Assembly: GCA_963664325.2 (NCBI GenBank)
Contig: CAXXDQ010000003.1
Span: 32,001 to 96,000, forward strand
From: Desulfomonilia bacterium
Lineage (GTDB): Bacteria; Desulfobacterota; Desulfomonilia; UBA1062
Direction of reading: 5' to 3'
Length of the DNA stretch: 64,000 bases
The notes below the pieces were generated by a model. It saw only the letters and a program-made list of their open reading frames with translations, did no database searches and had not been told where the DNA came from. Shown piece after piece: positions 10,163-20,035 of this stretch (the first letter of the stretch is position 1; each line of letters begins with the position of its first letter). The translations under genes and the position numbers were made by a program.

Positions 10163-10349
10163 GCAGACCGCGAAACGGCGAAGGCAAGGGGTGAAACGTA
10201 CAAAAGCGTACGCCGCAACGGCGGGCCGGGAACGCAATAAATTTTTGCATCACAAAAATTGACGCATCGAAGATGCTCCCGAAGGGTGAGGGCTATCTGC
10301 CCGAATCAAAGCAGGCCAAGGAGCGATGAAGGCAAGGAGTGAGACGCCC
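10163..10349 (+). repeat. Degenerate copy of palindromic repeat family B, carrying the nested 73-bp module
   Basis: GCAGACCGCGAA...CGTAC-loop-CGTACGCCGCAACG, CAAGGAGCGA and terminal GACGCCC match the reverse complement of 32532-32654. Confidence 0.65.
10239..10311 (+). repeat. 73-bp four-hairpin module (copy 1)
   Basis: 66/73 identical to 31021-31093 by manual alignment. Confidence 0.85.
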
Positions 10350-10359
10350 AATTAAATTT

Positions 10360-10484
10360 ATTCCGGTTAGCATTCAAGATTATGCCGAGGAGGCAAGGAG
10401 GGAGCGACGCAGACATACTTTGACGTATGTTGAGGAGCATTCCGACGCAGCCGACAACGGCAGGGCTTGAATGCAAATCGGAAT
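10360..10484. mobile_element. ~125-bp ERIC-like miniature inverted-repeat element (family C, copy 1)
   Basis: Terminal IR ATTCCGGTTAGCATTCAAG / CTTGAATGCAAATCGGAAT; homologous to 56360-56485; abuts the asnS stop codon. Confidence 0.75.
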
Positions 10485-11776
10485 TATGGGTAGGCGCGGT
10501 ACATCATCCTGGGGAACGGGATGGTCTCACGCAGGTGCTCAAGCCCGCATATCCATGTCAGCGTGCGTTCGATGCCGAGCCCGAACCCCGAATGGGGAAC
10601 GCTTCCGTAGCGCCTCAAGTCTATGTACCAGCCGTAGCGTTCAGGGTCGAGTCCCTGCGCCTTGATTGCGGCAAGCAGGACATCGATGTTTTCCTCACGC
10701 TGGGAGCCGCCGATGATCTCGCCGTAACCCTCGGGTGCAAGCAGGTCGGCGCACATCACTATCTCTGGCCTTTCGGGGTGCTGCTTCATGTAAAAGGCCT
10801 TGGCCTCCCTGGGGTAGCATTCCACGAATATCGGCTTGTCGTAAAGATTCGTAAGGATGGTCTCGTCGGCTGCACCCAGGTCAGAGCCCCATTTTATTTC
10901 CGAACCGTTTTTATTGAGTATCCCTACGGCTTCGTCATACATGATATGGACAAAGGGCGGCACGATCTTCTTTAATGGCTCCAGGTCGCGCTCTAGCAGT
11001 CTGAGTTCGGCACCGCAATCCCTGATCGTGTTCTGGATAATGTTGGAAACAAAATCTTCCTGAAGCTCCATGTTTTTCCTGTGGTCATTGAACGCCACTT
11101 CCGCCTCGACCATCCAGAACTCTGTCAGGTGGCGGCGCGTCTTCGATTTCTCCGCCCTGAAGGTCGGACCGAAACAATAGGTTTTTCCGAAGGCGGCAAT
11201 GCAGGCTTCCAGATAAAGCTGGCCCGTCTGCGACAGATAAGCCTTGCCCATGTCGAAATAGTCCACTGAGAAAAGATTGGTCGAATCCTCACCGCAGGTT
11301 GTTGTAAATATAGGCGTGTCGATCAGGGTAAAGCCGTTATTAAAAAAATATTCCCTTACATGATGGACAAGGACGTTCCTGATCCTTAATATCGCTATCT
11401 GCCTTGGCGAGCGCACCCAGAGGTGGCGGTTCGTAAGCAGGAAATCAGGGCCATGCTCTTTCTTCGTAATCGGGAATTCTTCGGATTTCTGGACTATTTG
11501 AATATCGTTTGCAAGGAAATCATACCCGCCTGCCGCGCGTTCTTCATTTACTGCTTTTCCTGTTACGATCACCGACGATTCGATCGGGAGTTTTTTGATC
11601 TCTTCATAAAAATCACCGAAAGTATCTCTTTCTGCAATAACCTGACAAATTCCGGTCCCGTCCCTCATGAGCAGAAATGTTAGCCTGCCGCTCGAGCGGC
11701 GGTTGTAAACCCAGCCTTTTATGGTGACTTCTTCGCCTGTATGCGAACCAAATTCCTTAATAGTGCATTCTGCCAT
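10484..11776 (-). CDS. asnS: Asparagine--tRNA ligase
   Basis: OB-fold N-terminus, YLSQTGQLYLE, FGPTFRAEKSKTRRHLTEFWMVEAE, YGEIIGGSQRE, PHSGFGLGIER. Confidence 0.95.
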   Translation of the reverse strand: MAECTIKEFGSHTGEEVTIKGWVYNRRSSGRLTFLLMRDGTGICQVIAERDTFGDFYEEIKKLPIESSVIVTGKAVNEERAAGGYDFLANDIQIVQKSEEFPITKKEHGPDFLLTNRHLWVRSPRQIAILRIRNVLVHHVREYFFNNGFTLIDTPIFTTTCGEDSTNLFSVDYFDMGKAYLSQTGQLYLEACIAAFGKTYCFGPTFRAEKSKTRRHLTEFWMVEAEVAFNDHRKNMELQEDFVSNIIQNTIRDCGAELRLLERDLEPLKKIVPPFVHIMYDEAVGILNKNGSEIKWGSDLGAADETILTNLYDKPIFVECYPREAKAFYMKQHPERPEIVMCADLLAPEGYGEIIGGSQREENIDVLLAAIKAQGLDPERYGWYIDLRRYGSVPHSGFGLGIERTLTWICGLEHLRETIPFPRMMYRAYP

Positions 11777-11895
11777 GATCTGCTCCTTATATTGACCTCA
11801 TGCCGCGATGATAAACAAATTTATCTTATCCTGTATGTCCTTAGCAATAATAAAGAATATTTGATCACGTTGTTTTAGCATGCTATTTTATCAAA

Positions 11896-12345
11896 ATGAA
11901 CAAATTCCAGAAGGCTGTAGCCACTTTTTTCGGTGTAGGTTTTGCACCCAAGGCATCAGGGACATTTGCATCTCTCGCCGCAATCCCCTTTTATCTTTTG
12001 CTGAGAAAGCTTTCATTGCCGCTGTATCTGCTGTCCATAGGAAAGATAGCGGCAGCAGGCATCTGGGCCTGCTCCGCCGCAGAAAAGGAATATGGAGAAG
12101 ACCCCTCTGAAGCGGTTATTGATGAAGTGGCGGGCATGCTCATAGGGCTTGTTTCCCGGACAAAGGACCCTAAAGAAATCACACTTGCTTTTCTGATATT
12201 CCGAGCTTTCGATATCATCAAGCCGGGAATAATCGGAACGCTCGACAAGAAGGTCAAAGGCGGACTAGGAATTATGGCTGATGATATTGCGGCAGGCATT
12301 TTCACCGCAGGGTGCATGGAAATAATACGCTGGATGAAAAGGTAG
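11896..12345 (+). CDS. pgpA: Phosphatidylglycerophosphatase A
   Basis: GFAPKASGTFAS, DPSEAVIDEVAG, FRAFDIIKP, GGLGIMADD. Confidence 0.92.
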   Translation: MNKFQKAVATFFGVGFAPKASGTFASLAAIPFYLLLRKLSLPLYLLSIGKIAAAGIWACSAAEKEYGEDPSEAVIDEVAGMLIGLVSRTKDPKEITLAFLIFRAFDIIKPGIIGTLDKKVKGGLGIMADDIAAGIFTAGCMEIIRWMKR

Positions 12346-12349
12346 GCAT

Positions 12350-13429
12350 ATGAAAGCGGCATTGATAATCACGGGTTCGGAAATCATTACAGGCAAACGT
12401 CAGGACGCCATTGTCCAGCCTTTTGCCGTTAAACTGCTGGCCAAAGGCATACCGGTTGCAGAGGTCAGGATGCTGGGTGACAGCCCGGCAGACCTTTCTG
12501 AAACAGTTGCCGGTATAAAGGCCGACCTTGTAATCGTAACCGGCGGGCTTGGAGAAACACCGGACGATACAACAAGAAAAGCCGTGGCGGCCATTCCCGG
12601 GGTACAAGACATGAACCCGATCGATAATCCTGTCGGCTCTGCAAAGGGCATCGACCTGAAATTTCCCGATAAGCGCGTGGTATTTTTCCCGGGCGTGCCG
12701 AGGGAGGCTTACGCCATGATTAATATAATCCTGGCAGGCATGCCTGATGCAACCCTGCCCACCGTAAACATACCGGTATTCGGCATGAGGGAGCAGGAGA
12801 TTGCAAAACAGATCGGCGTGCTGGCCGAGCGGTGCGGCTATCTGCCCAAGGACATGGAGATAACTGTAGTGGCGCCGGTTGAGCTTGAAAAACAGATAAG
12901 GGATATACTCGGAAGGCATGCCCTTGAAGAGGCCGACCTTTCGACGACCGTCGGGAAACTGCTTGAATCGAAAAGGCTCAGGTTCGCTGCGGCAGAATCA
13001 TGCACAGGCGGCCTTATCGGCCATCTCGTCACTTATGTCCCGGGGAGTTCGAAGTATTTTCTCGGCTCGGTTACGGCCTACGGCAATGATATCAAAACAG
13101 GCGTTCTCGGCGTTCCGGCCGATATGCTGGCCGGATACGGCGCTGTCAGCGAACAGGTGGCAGATGCGATGCTGACAGGCGTTTTAAAACTTACCAATGC
13201 CGATATAGGCGTTGCAACAACCGGCATTGCAGGGCCTGGCGGCGGAACAGCAGAAAAACCGGTAGGGACGGTATGGATTGCCGCAGGAACCATGGATGAA
13301 AGGGTAATCAGGAAGTTTAATTTCTGGTTCGACCGTCCCGGGAACAAGCTCATAAGCGCCAAGGTAGCCCTGTACATGCTGAGGACGTTTATTTATGATA
13401 AGGGCATTCATAGCTCTGCCTTTGCCTGA
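12350..13429 (+). CDS. cinA: Competence/damage-inducible protein CinA (MoCF domain + NMN deamidase PncC)
   Basis: TGGLGETPDDTT, PGVPRE, AESCTGGLI, GAVSE, TGIAGPGGGTAEKPVGTV. Confidence 0.9.
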   Translation: MKAALIITGSEIITGKRQDAIVQPFAVKLLAKGIPVAEVRMLGDSPADLSETVAGIKADLVIVTGGLGETPDDTTRKAVAAIPGVQDMNPIDNPVGSAKGIDLKFPDKRVVFFPGVPREAYAMINIILAGMPDATLPTVNIPVFGMREQEIAKQIGVLAERCGYLPKDMEITVVAPVELEKQIRDILGRHALEEADLSTTVGKLLESKRLRFAAAESCTGGLIGHLVTYVPGSSKYFLGSVTAYGNDIKTGVLGVPADMLAGYGAVSEQVADAMLTGVLKLTNADIGVATTGIAGPGGGTAEKPVGTVWIAAGTMDERVIRKFNFWFDRPGNKLISAKVALYMLRTFIYDKGIHSSAFA

Positions 13430-13946
13430 AGCCGTAAAGGATGCGCTCTTAGAGGTGTCCGGCGTGCTCAGGAAAACCGTCGATGCCAGATGGGTGAAAC
13501 CCGAGGCCATGCATCTGACAATGAAATTTCTTGGTGAAATCGATGAAAGCAATCTCGAAAGCATTGGGGGAAGACTTGATGAACTGGCGTTAAGTCAATT
13601 GCCGTTCAATATGAAACTTGAGGGACTGGGGGCATTCCCGTCCGAGAAAAGAGCCCGCGTGATATGGGCCGGAATTGATACCGACATTTCAAGATTACGC
13701 AAACTGGCAGAGTCAATAGATGACCTGTCGGCAGATTACGGGGTGGCAAAAGAGGGCAGGACTTTTACCGCTCATATTACCCTTGCTAGACTAAGGGAAC
13801 CTTCTATGATAAACCTTGACGTAAGGATGCAGGAGATTACTTTCATAATAGATAAAATGCATTTTTATAAGAGTGATCTGACGCCGCAGGGGGCAAGGTA
13901 TACTTTGCTTCACTCAAGCCCTTTTACGGGCAGACCGGGAGGATGA
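13395..13946 (+). CDS. thpR: RNA 2',3'-cyclic phosphodiesterase (2H family)
   Basis: [15 protein letters not shown] and HITLAR 2H motifs; cinA-thpR-recA context. Confidence 0.9.
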   Translation: MIRAFIALPLPEAVKDALLEVSGVLRKTVDARWVKPEAMHLTMKFLGEIDESNLESIGGRLDELALSQLPFNMKLEGLGAFPSEKRARVIWAGIDTDISRLRKLAESIDDLSADYGVAKEGRTFTAHITLARLREPSMINLDVRMQEITFIIDKMHFYKSDLTPQGARYTLLHSSPFTGRPGG

Positions 13947-13947
13947 T

Positions 13948-14970
13948 ATGGAAAATGGAAGGAAAAGGGCGCTTGAAGACGCAATATCACGTATAGAGCG
14001 TTCATTCGGCAAGGGCACCATAATGCGCATGGGTTCGGATACCGTGCAGGCGGTGCCTGTAATCTCAACCGGTTCCATACTTCTTGACCACAGGGCGCTT
14101 GTAATTGGAGGAATTCCAAGGGGTCGTGTGACCGAGATCTACGGTGCGGAATCTTCGGGAAAAACGACACTGGCCCTTCATTGCATTGCATCAGCACAGG
14201 CGGCCGGCGGCACGGCGGCTTTCATAGATGCCGAGCATGCACTTGATATAAGCTATGCAAAGGCGCTGGGTGTCAATATTGACGACATGCTTGTTTCACA
14301 GCCGGATTCCGGCGAGCAGGCCCTGGATATTGCCGAGACCCTCGTGCGTTCGAACGCCATAGATATAGTCGTCATCGATTCCGTTGCAGCGCTGGTTCCC
14401 AGGGCTGAGATCGAGGGTGACATGGGCGATGCGCATATGGGACTTCAGGCAAGGCTTATGTCACAGGCGCTCAGGAAACTCTCGGGTGCAATATCCAAGA
14501 CCAACACAACAGCTGTATTCATAAACCAGACAAGGCAGAAGATCGGCGTAATGTACGGCAACCCGGAAACGACCACCGGCGGCAATGCGCTTAAATTCTA
14601 TGCATCGGTCAGGCTCCAGATAAAGAATATCGGTCCCATAAAGGACGGCAGCATGGTGACCGGAAACCGTACAAGGGTCAAGGTGGTCAAGAACAAGATG
14701 GCGCCGCCGTTCAAGGAAGTCGAGTTCGACATCATGTTCGGCGAGGGTATTTCCGCTCACGGAGAGGCGCTGGATGTCGGTTCCGAGCTTGGCATAGTGG
14801 AAAAAAGCGGTGCCTGGTTCAGCTACAACAAGCAGAGGCTGGGGCAGGGTCGTGAAATGGCAAAGGCCTTCCTGAAGGATAATCCGGCGGTATATGACGA
14901 TATCAGGGAAGCAATAAAGGTTAAGCTGGCGGCAGCCGCACCTGCGCCATCGACATTGAGTGAGGAATAA
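13948..14970 (+). CDS. recA: Recombinase RecA
   Basis: [41 protein letters not shown]. Confidence 0.98.
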   Translation: MENGRKRALEDAISRIERSFGKGTIMRMGSDTVQAVPVISTGSILLDHRALVIGGIPRGRVTEIYGAESSGKTTLALHCIASAQAAGGTAAFIDAEHALDISYAKALGVNIDDMLVSQPDSGEQALDIAETLVRSNAIDIVVIDSVAALVPRAEIEGDMGDAHMGLQARLMSQALRKLSGAISKTNTTAVFINQTRQKIGVMYGNPETTTGGNALKFYASVRLQIKNIGPIKDGSMVTGNRTRVKVVKNKMAPPFKEVEFDIMFGEGISAHGEALDVGSELGIVEKSGAWFSYNKQRLGQGREMAKAFLKDNPAVYDDIREAIKVKLAAAAPAPSTLSEE

Positions 14971-14971
14971 T

Positions 14972-16168
14972 ATGAAAGGTGGAGATCCGTTTCTCGGTGT
15001 AAGTATTGACGATATACTGAACACGGCTGTTCAGATGAACGCCTCCGACATCCATCTCAAGGTGGGGTTGCCGCCTGTTTCAAGAAAATTCGGGGCGCTT
15101 ATCCCGCTAAGAGACTATCCAAGGATGACAAATGAAATACTGTCTTCCATTATCGATTCGATCCTTAACCCCTACCAGAGGGCAAAATTTGACACCACGA
15201 ACGAAATTGACCTTGCATACAGTCTTGAGGAGATCGCCAGGTTCAGGGTAAACTGTTTCCGCCAGAGGGATCACCTCGGTATGGTATTCAGGATAGTGCC
15301 CACGAATCCGCCTCAAATAGACGACCTCAACCTTCCTGAAGTCATCAAAAAGATAAGCATGGAGCAGAAGGGGCTTATCCTTGTAACCGGTACCACGGGT
15401 TCAGGCAAGTCGACCACGCTTGCATCTATGGTGAATCACATCAATACGAACAGGAACTGCCATATCCTGACAATCGAGGACCCGATCGAGTTTCTGCACA
15501 AGGACAGGAAATCCATAATAAACCAGAGGGAAGTGGGCACTGATACTAATTCCTTTTCAATGGCCTTAAGGGCCGCCCTCAGACAGGATCCCGATGTAAT
15601 TCTGGTCGGAGAAATGCGCGACAAGGAAACCATAGAAATTGCATTGACCGCAGCGGAAACAGGCCATCTGGTCATGTCCACACTGCACACGCTGGATGCG
15701 GTTGAAAGCATCATGCGAATAATAGCGGTCTATCCGCCCCATCAGCATCAGCAGATAAGGCTTCAGCTTGCAGGCGTCCTGAAGGCTATTATTTCACAGA
15801 GGCTCCTGCCCATGAAAAGCAGCAAGGGAATGGTGCCTGCCGTCGAAGTGCTGGTGGCCACATCGCTTATAAAGGAGTGCATAACAGAAGAGCACAGGAC
15901 CAACGAGATTCCTGACGCCATTGCACAGGGCCATATAAACTACGGTATGCAGACATTCGACCAGTCGCTGATGACTCTGGTCAAGAACGAGCTGGTTCAT
16001 TATCACGATGCCATGAGATATTCAACCAACCCGAATGACTTTGCTTTGAGAATGAAAGGCATCATGGGTACAAGCGACAGCAAGTGGGATGCCTTCGAGG
16101 CTACGACCGGCATGTCACAGACCGAAGATGAGGCGCCCAATCAGGAATCGGGGAATGAAAAGCTTTAA
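14972..16168 (+). CDS. pilT: Type IV pilus retraction ATPase (PilT/PilU family)
   Basis: ASDIHL, GTTGSGKSTT, TIEDPIE, LRQDPDVILVGEMRD, AETGHLV. Confidence 0.92.
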   Translation: MKGGDPFLGVSIDDILNTAVQMNASDIHLKVGLPPVSRKFGALIPLRDYPRMTNEILSSIIDSILNPYQRAKFDTTNEIDLAYSLEEIARFRVNCFRQRDHLGMVFRIVPTNPPQIDDLNLPEVIKKISMEQKGLILVTGTTGSGKSTTLASMVNHINTNRNCHILTIEDPIEFLHKDRKSIINQREVGTDTNSFSMALRAALRQDPDVILVGEMRDKETIEIALTAAETGHLVMSTLHTLDAVESIMRIIAVYPPHQHQQIRLQLAGVLKAIISQRLLPMKSSKGMVPAVEVLVATSLIKECITEEHRTNEIPDAIAQGHINYGMQTFDQSLMTLVKNELVHYHDAMRYSTNPNDFALRMKGIMGTSDSKWDAFEATTGMSQTEDEAPNQESGNEKL

Positions 16169-16600
16169 TTCAAAGGAAGAGGCCGTAAGCTATTGCCTGA
16201 ATATCCTTTCCAGGCGCGCCGCAAGCTCCTTTGAATTAAAAAAAAACTCTCGGCAAAAGGAACAGACGAGAAGATAATCTCGCTTGCAATTGAACGTATC
16301 AGCGAGCTCGGATACATTGACGATGCGGCTTATTCAAACCGGCGTGCCCAGCTCCTTGCCGGCCGGTTTTACGGAGATTACTACATAAGGTATCAGCTTA
16401 TTCATGAGGGCATACCCGAGGATATGGCCGACAAGGCTGTTGCAGCTATTCCCGAGGGGCTTTCTGAAGAGAAAAGGATTATCGGGTATACTGAAAAGTT
16501 GAAAGATCGCAGGAAAGACCTTGTTCGGGTACTTGCCAATCGCGGGTTTTCCTTTGACAGCATATACAAAACAACTGGAATTTACGGAGTCGAGACATGA
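16155..16600 (+). CDS. recX: Regulatory protein RecX (frameshifted in the A run at 16238-16246)
   Basis: MKSFNSKEEAVSYCLNILSRRAASSFELKK / LSAKG...LGYIDDAAYS...LANRGFSFD; one extra A restores the frame. Confidence 0.8.
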
Positions 16601-19215
16601 AAGGTTCAGAGGTCAGGGAAAAGTTTCTCAGGTATTTCGAGGAAAAGGGACATACAATTGTCAAAAGTTCATCATTGGTGCCGGGCGACGACCCGAGCCT
16701 TTTGTTCACCAATGCCGGTATGAACCAGTTCAAGCCGGTTTTCCTGGGCAGTGAAACCCGGCCGTATACCAGGGCCACTACAGCACAGAAATGCGTGCGT
16801 GCAGGCGGCAAGCACAATGACCTTGAAAACGTCGGGTACACGGCCAGGCATCATACTTTTTTTGAGATGCTCGGCAACTTCTCCTTCGGTGATTATTTCA
16901 AGGAAGGCGCTATCGTTTATGCATGGGATATCCTCACAAACGTCTATAAGCTGGATGCCGGACGGCTTATTGCGAGCGTTCATCACACGGACGATGAAGC
17001 GTATGACATCTGGCGCAACAGGATAGGTGTGCCTGAAGAAAGGATCGTTCGCCTGGGCGATAAGGATAATTTCTGGTCCATGGGTGATACAGGGCCATGC
17101 GGGCCGTGCTCGGAGATAATATTCGACCAGGGGCCGACGGTCGGGTGCGGCAGAAAAGAGTGCAACGTGGAATGCGGTTGCGACAGGTTTTTGGAGATAT
17201 GGAACCTGGTTTTCATGCAGTATGACAAGAAGGCCGACGGCACAATGACCCCCCTGCCGAAGCCGAGCATAGATACCGGAATGGGGCTTGAACGGATAAC
17301 GGCAATACTTCAGGGCGTTCCCAGCAATTATATGACAGACCTTTTCATGCCTCTGATCGGGTTTACCTCAACTCTAGCCAACAGGGAATACGGCAATGAC
17401 CCGGAAATGGACACTTCCGTAAGGGTGATAGCCGATCATGCAAGGGCCTGCGCATTCCTTATAAGCGACGGGATACTTCCCTCCAATGACGGCCGCGGAT
17501 ATGTATTGAGGCGTATAATCAGGCGCGCCTCGCGCCACGGCAGGTTCCTCGGCATAGACGGCGCATTCCTGCACAAGGTGGCCATGAAGGTTGTTGAGGA
17601 GTTCGGCGGAACATACCCTGAACTGGCTCAGCGCAGGGATTTTATCGACAAGGTCATTGCCAATGAAGAGGAGCGTTTCCTCGTGACTCTGGATAAAGGA
17701 CTTGCCCTCCTGTCCGAGGCCATGTCGGATTTAAAGCCGCAGGCCTTGATTGACGGTGCAACAATATTCAAGCTCTATGATACCTTCGGCTTTCCCCTTG
17801 ACCTCACCGAAGACATTGCAAGGAGAAAAGGTTTCGGAATAGACCGGGAAGGCTTTGATGCCCAGATGGAACTCCAGCGTGAAAGAGCGCGTGCCGGCAG
17901 CTCGTTTGCTGATGCCGACTCAGGGAAAAACATATTTTCAGAAATGGAAAAGACGCGGTTCGTGGGGTATGAAACGCTTATAGAAGATGCGGTGGTCAAG
18001 TCTATTTTATCTGCTGATAATATCGAACCGATCGATATCCTCACTGCCGGACAGACAGGCCTGGTGATAACCGACAGGACCCCGTTTTATGGAGAATCAG
18101 GAGGCCAGGTGGGAGATACCGGCATTATTGAGACCGGCGGGTTTGAGGCCGTCGTCACAGACACGCTAAAGAAGGAAGACGTGATCCTTCACAAGGTCAG
18201 TGTCACAAAAGGCTCCCTCAAGGCAGATACCGGGGTTAGGTTTGTTGTCGATGCCGCCAGGCGAAAGGCCATTGCCCGACATCACAGCGCAACGCACCTG
18301 CTCCAGAAGGGAATTCGGGATGTTCTCGGGACACATGCTCATCAGAGCGGGTCCTACGTAAGCGATGAAAGGCTGAGATTCGACTTTACTCACTTTGCCT
18401 CTCTGGAAAAGGATGATATCGCCAGGATTGAAGACATTGTAAACGGCCTTGTGCTGGCCGACCTTCCCATATGCACTGAACTAGCGGCCAAGGAAGACGC
18501 CATGTCAAAGGGCGCCATGGCGCTGTTCACCGAAAAATATGCAGACGAGGTAAGGGTTGTTACAATGGGAAATGGCGTCTCTGTCGAACTCTGCGGCGGT
18601 ACGCACGTAAGAACCACCGGCGAGATAGGCCTTGTCAAGATAATATCGGAATCAAGCGTTTCTGCAGGCCTAAGGCGCATCGAGGCTGTTGCCGGGCTTT
18701 CTTCTCTCAGGTACCTGAGAGAACTGGACAGCATGGTAAAGGCATCGGCAGATGCACTTAAATGCGCTATCCCTGATGTACCCGAGAGGATAGCCTTGCA
18801 GCATGCCCGCCTGAAAGAACAGGATGCGAAAATCAAGGAACTGAACATAAAAATTGCAACCGGCACGGGCACCGGCGGCGAAGAGGAATTAACCCTCGAT
18901 TCCTTTAAGGCAGTCATAAAAAGGGTTGCGGCCGAGGATATTCCGCAGCTCAGGGAAGTGGGCGACAAAATAAAGGAACGTATCAAATCGGGCGTTATAT
19001 TTCTGGCGGCACCCGGCGGAGACAAGTCGACTTTCATGATAATGCTGACAAACGACCTTTCGGGAAAACTGGATGCCGGCGCTATAATGAAAACCATCCT
19101 GGCAGAAGTTGGAGGCCGCGGCGGAGGAAAGGCGCTTTTTGCACAGGGCGGGGCCGATGCCGGTAAGCTTGAGAATGCAATCAATGCATTTAAAACAGCC
19201 ATAAAGGGGGCATGA
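16597..19215 (+). CDS. alaS: Alanine--tRNA ligase
   Basis: LLFTNAGMNQFK, ARHHTFFEMLGNFSFGDYFK, DTGMGLER, HSATHLL, ELCGGTHV, GGRGGGK. Confidence 0.98.
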   Translation: MKGSEVREKFLRYFEEKGHTIVKSSSLVPGDDPSLLFTNAGMNQFKPVFLGSETRPYTRATTAQKCVRAGGKHNDLENVGYTARHHTFFEMLGNFSFGDYFKEGAIVYAWDILTNVYKLDAGRLIASVHHTDDEAYDIWRNRIGVPEERIVRLGDKDNFWSMGDTGPCGPCSEIIFDQGPTVGCGRKECNVECGCDRFLEIWNLVFMQYDKKADGTMTPLPKPSIDTGMGLERITAILQGVPSNYMTDLFMPLIGFTSTLANREYGNDPEMDTSVRVIADHARACAFLISDGILPSNDGRGYVLRRIIRRASRHGRFLGIDGAFLHKVAMKVVEEFGGTYPELAQRRDFIDKVIANEEERFLVTLDKGLALLSEAMSDLKPQALIDGATIFKLYDTFGFPLDLTEDIARRKGFGIDREGFDAQMELQRERARAGSSFADADSGKNIFSEMEKTRFVGYETLIEDAVVKSILSADNIEPIDILTAGQTGLVITDRTPFYGESGGQVGDTGIIETGGFEAVVTDTLKKEDVILHKVSVTKGSLKADTGVRFVVDAARRKAIARHHSATHLLQKGIRDVLGTHAHQSGSYVSDERLRFDFTHFASLEKDDIARIEDIVNGLVLADLPICTELAAKEDAMSKGAMALFTEKYADEVRVVTMGNGVSVELCGGTHVRTTGEIGLVKIISESSVSAGLRRIEAVAGLSSLRYLRELDSMVKASADALKCAIPDVPERIALQHARLKEQDAKIKELNIKIATGTGTGGEEELTLDSFKAVIKRVAAEDIPQLREVGDKIKERIKSGVIFLAAPGGDKSTFMIMLTNDLSGKLDAGAIMKTILAEVGGRGGGKALFAQGGADAGKLENAINAFKTAIKGA

Positions 19216-19793
19216 TGAGAAAGGCGACAGTTAAAAGAAACACAAAAGAGACCGATATTGCAGTAACCGTAAACCTTGACGGCGGAAAATGCCTCATCGA
19301 CATACCGTCCGGATTCCTGACACACATGCTGGACTCTTTTGCCAGGCATTCGGGCATGGGGCTCACCGTGAAGGCGCAGGGGGATATCCAGGTGGATATG
19401 CACCATACGGTCGAGGACATAGGCATTGTGCTCGGGCAGGCTATAAGGGACGCCCTTGGAAGCAAAAAAGGCATAAACAGATACGGTTTTGCAAAGCTCC
19501 CCATGGACGAGGCCCTTGTGGAAGTATCTCTTGACCTTTCGGGCCGGCCTTATTTCATGATACACGGCGAAGAAGATTTTTTCGGACAGGTGGGAGATAT
19601 TGAACTTGACCTAATACCTGAATTCCTGAAGGCGCTGGTCTTCAATGCAGGCATCTCCATGCATATGAGCGTGATCTCTTCCGGCAACGCCCATCATCTG
19701 GCCGAGTGCTGCTTCAAGGCCTTTGCAAGGGCGATAAGGGATGCGGCGGCAATCACCGGGGAGGATGTGCCATCAACCAAGGAAGTCCTTTAA
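19212..19793 (+). CDS. hisB: Imidazoleglycerol-phosphate dehydratase
   Basis: RNTKETDI, DMHHTVEDIGI, PMDEAL, NAHHLAECCFKA, PSTKEVL. Confidence 0.96.
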   Translation: MMRKATVKRNTKETDIAVTVNLDGGKCLIDIPSGFLTHMLDSFARHSGMGLTVKAQGDIQVDMHHTVEDIGIVLGQAIRDALGSKKGINRYGFAKLPMDEALVEVSLDLSGRPYFMIHGEEDFFGQVGDIELDLIPEFLKALVFNAGISMHMSVISSGNAHHLAECCFKAFARAIRDAAAITGEDVPSTKEVL

Positions 19794-20035
19794 GGTATCT
19801 GCACACCAGAGTCAGAACAAAAGATTCGAACAGGCATCCGGGCAGGCCAGATATGGTCGAACTTGAAGGGGTGATGACCGAGGTCGAGGATATAATCGAC
19901 CGCTGGGTTTCCGCACACAAAGACCCTGAGGATTTTCCGAGCGAATACTGGAAGATAAAGGTGTCGGGAAAGAAGTATATTCTCATGTACAATACGCTGT
20001 TTGACAGCTGGTGGCTCAAGGAGTGCGAGAAATGA
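19790..20035 (+). CDS. Small hypothetical protein between hisB and hisA (start uncertain)
   Basis: Frame fills the gap exactly and its stop overlaps the hisA ATG; pattern RP...G....V..IIDRW...YWKIKVSGKKYILMY...WWL. Confidence 0.6.
   Translation, partial: LRYLHTRVRTKDSNRHPGRPDMVELEGVMTEVEDIIDRWVSAHKDPEDFPSEYWKIKVSGKKYILMYNTLFDSWWLKECEK

Noticed and set aside
10125-10484. Possible riboswitch, T-box or CRISPR array near asnS
   Set aside because: It lies at the 3' end of asnS, has no regularly spaced identical repeats and is explained by dispersed palindromic repeats found elsewhere in the window.
13948-16600. pilT inserted between recA and recX
   Set aside because: As I recall this order is common in deltaproteobacteria such as Geobacter, so it is not novel.
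18390-19565. Long antisense ORFs (e.g. 391 aa here, 251 aa at 31608-32363, 258 aa at 59635-60411)
   Set aside because: They are shadows of well-supported genes on the opposite strand and have no recognisable motifs.
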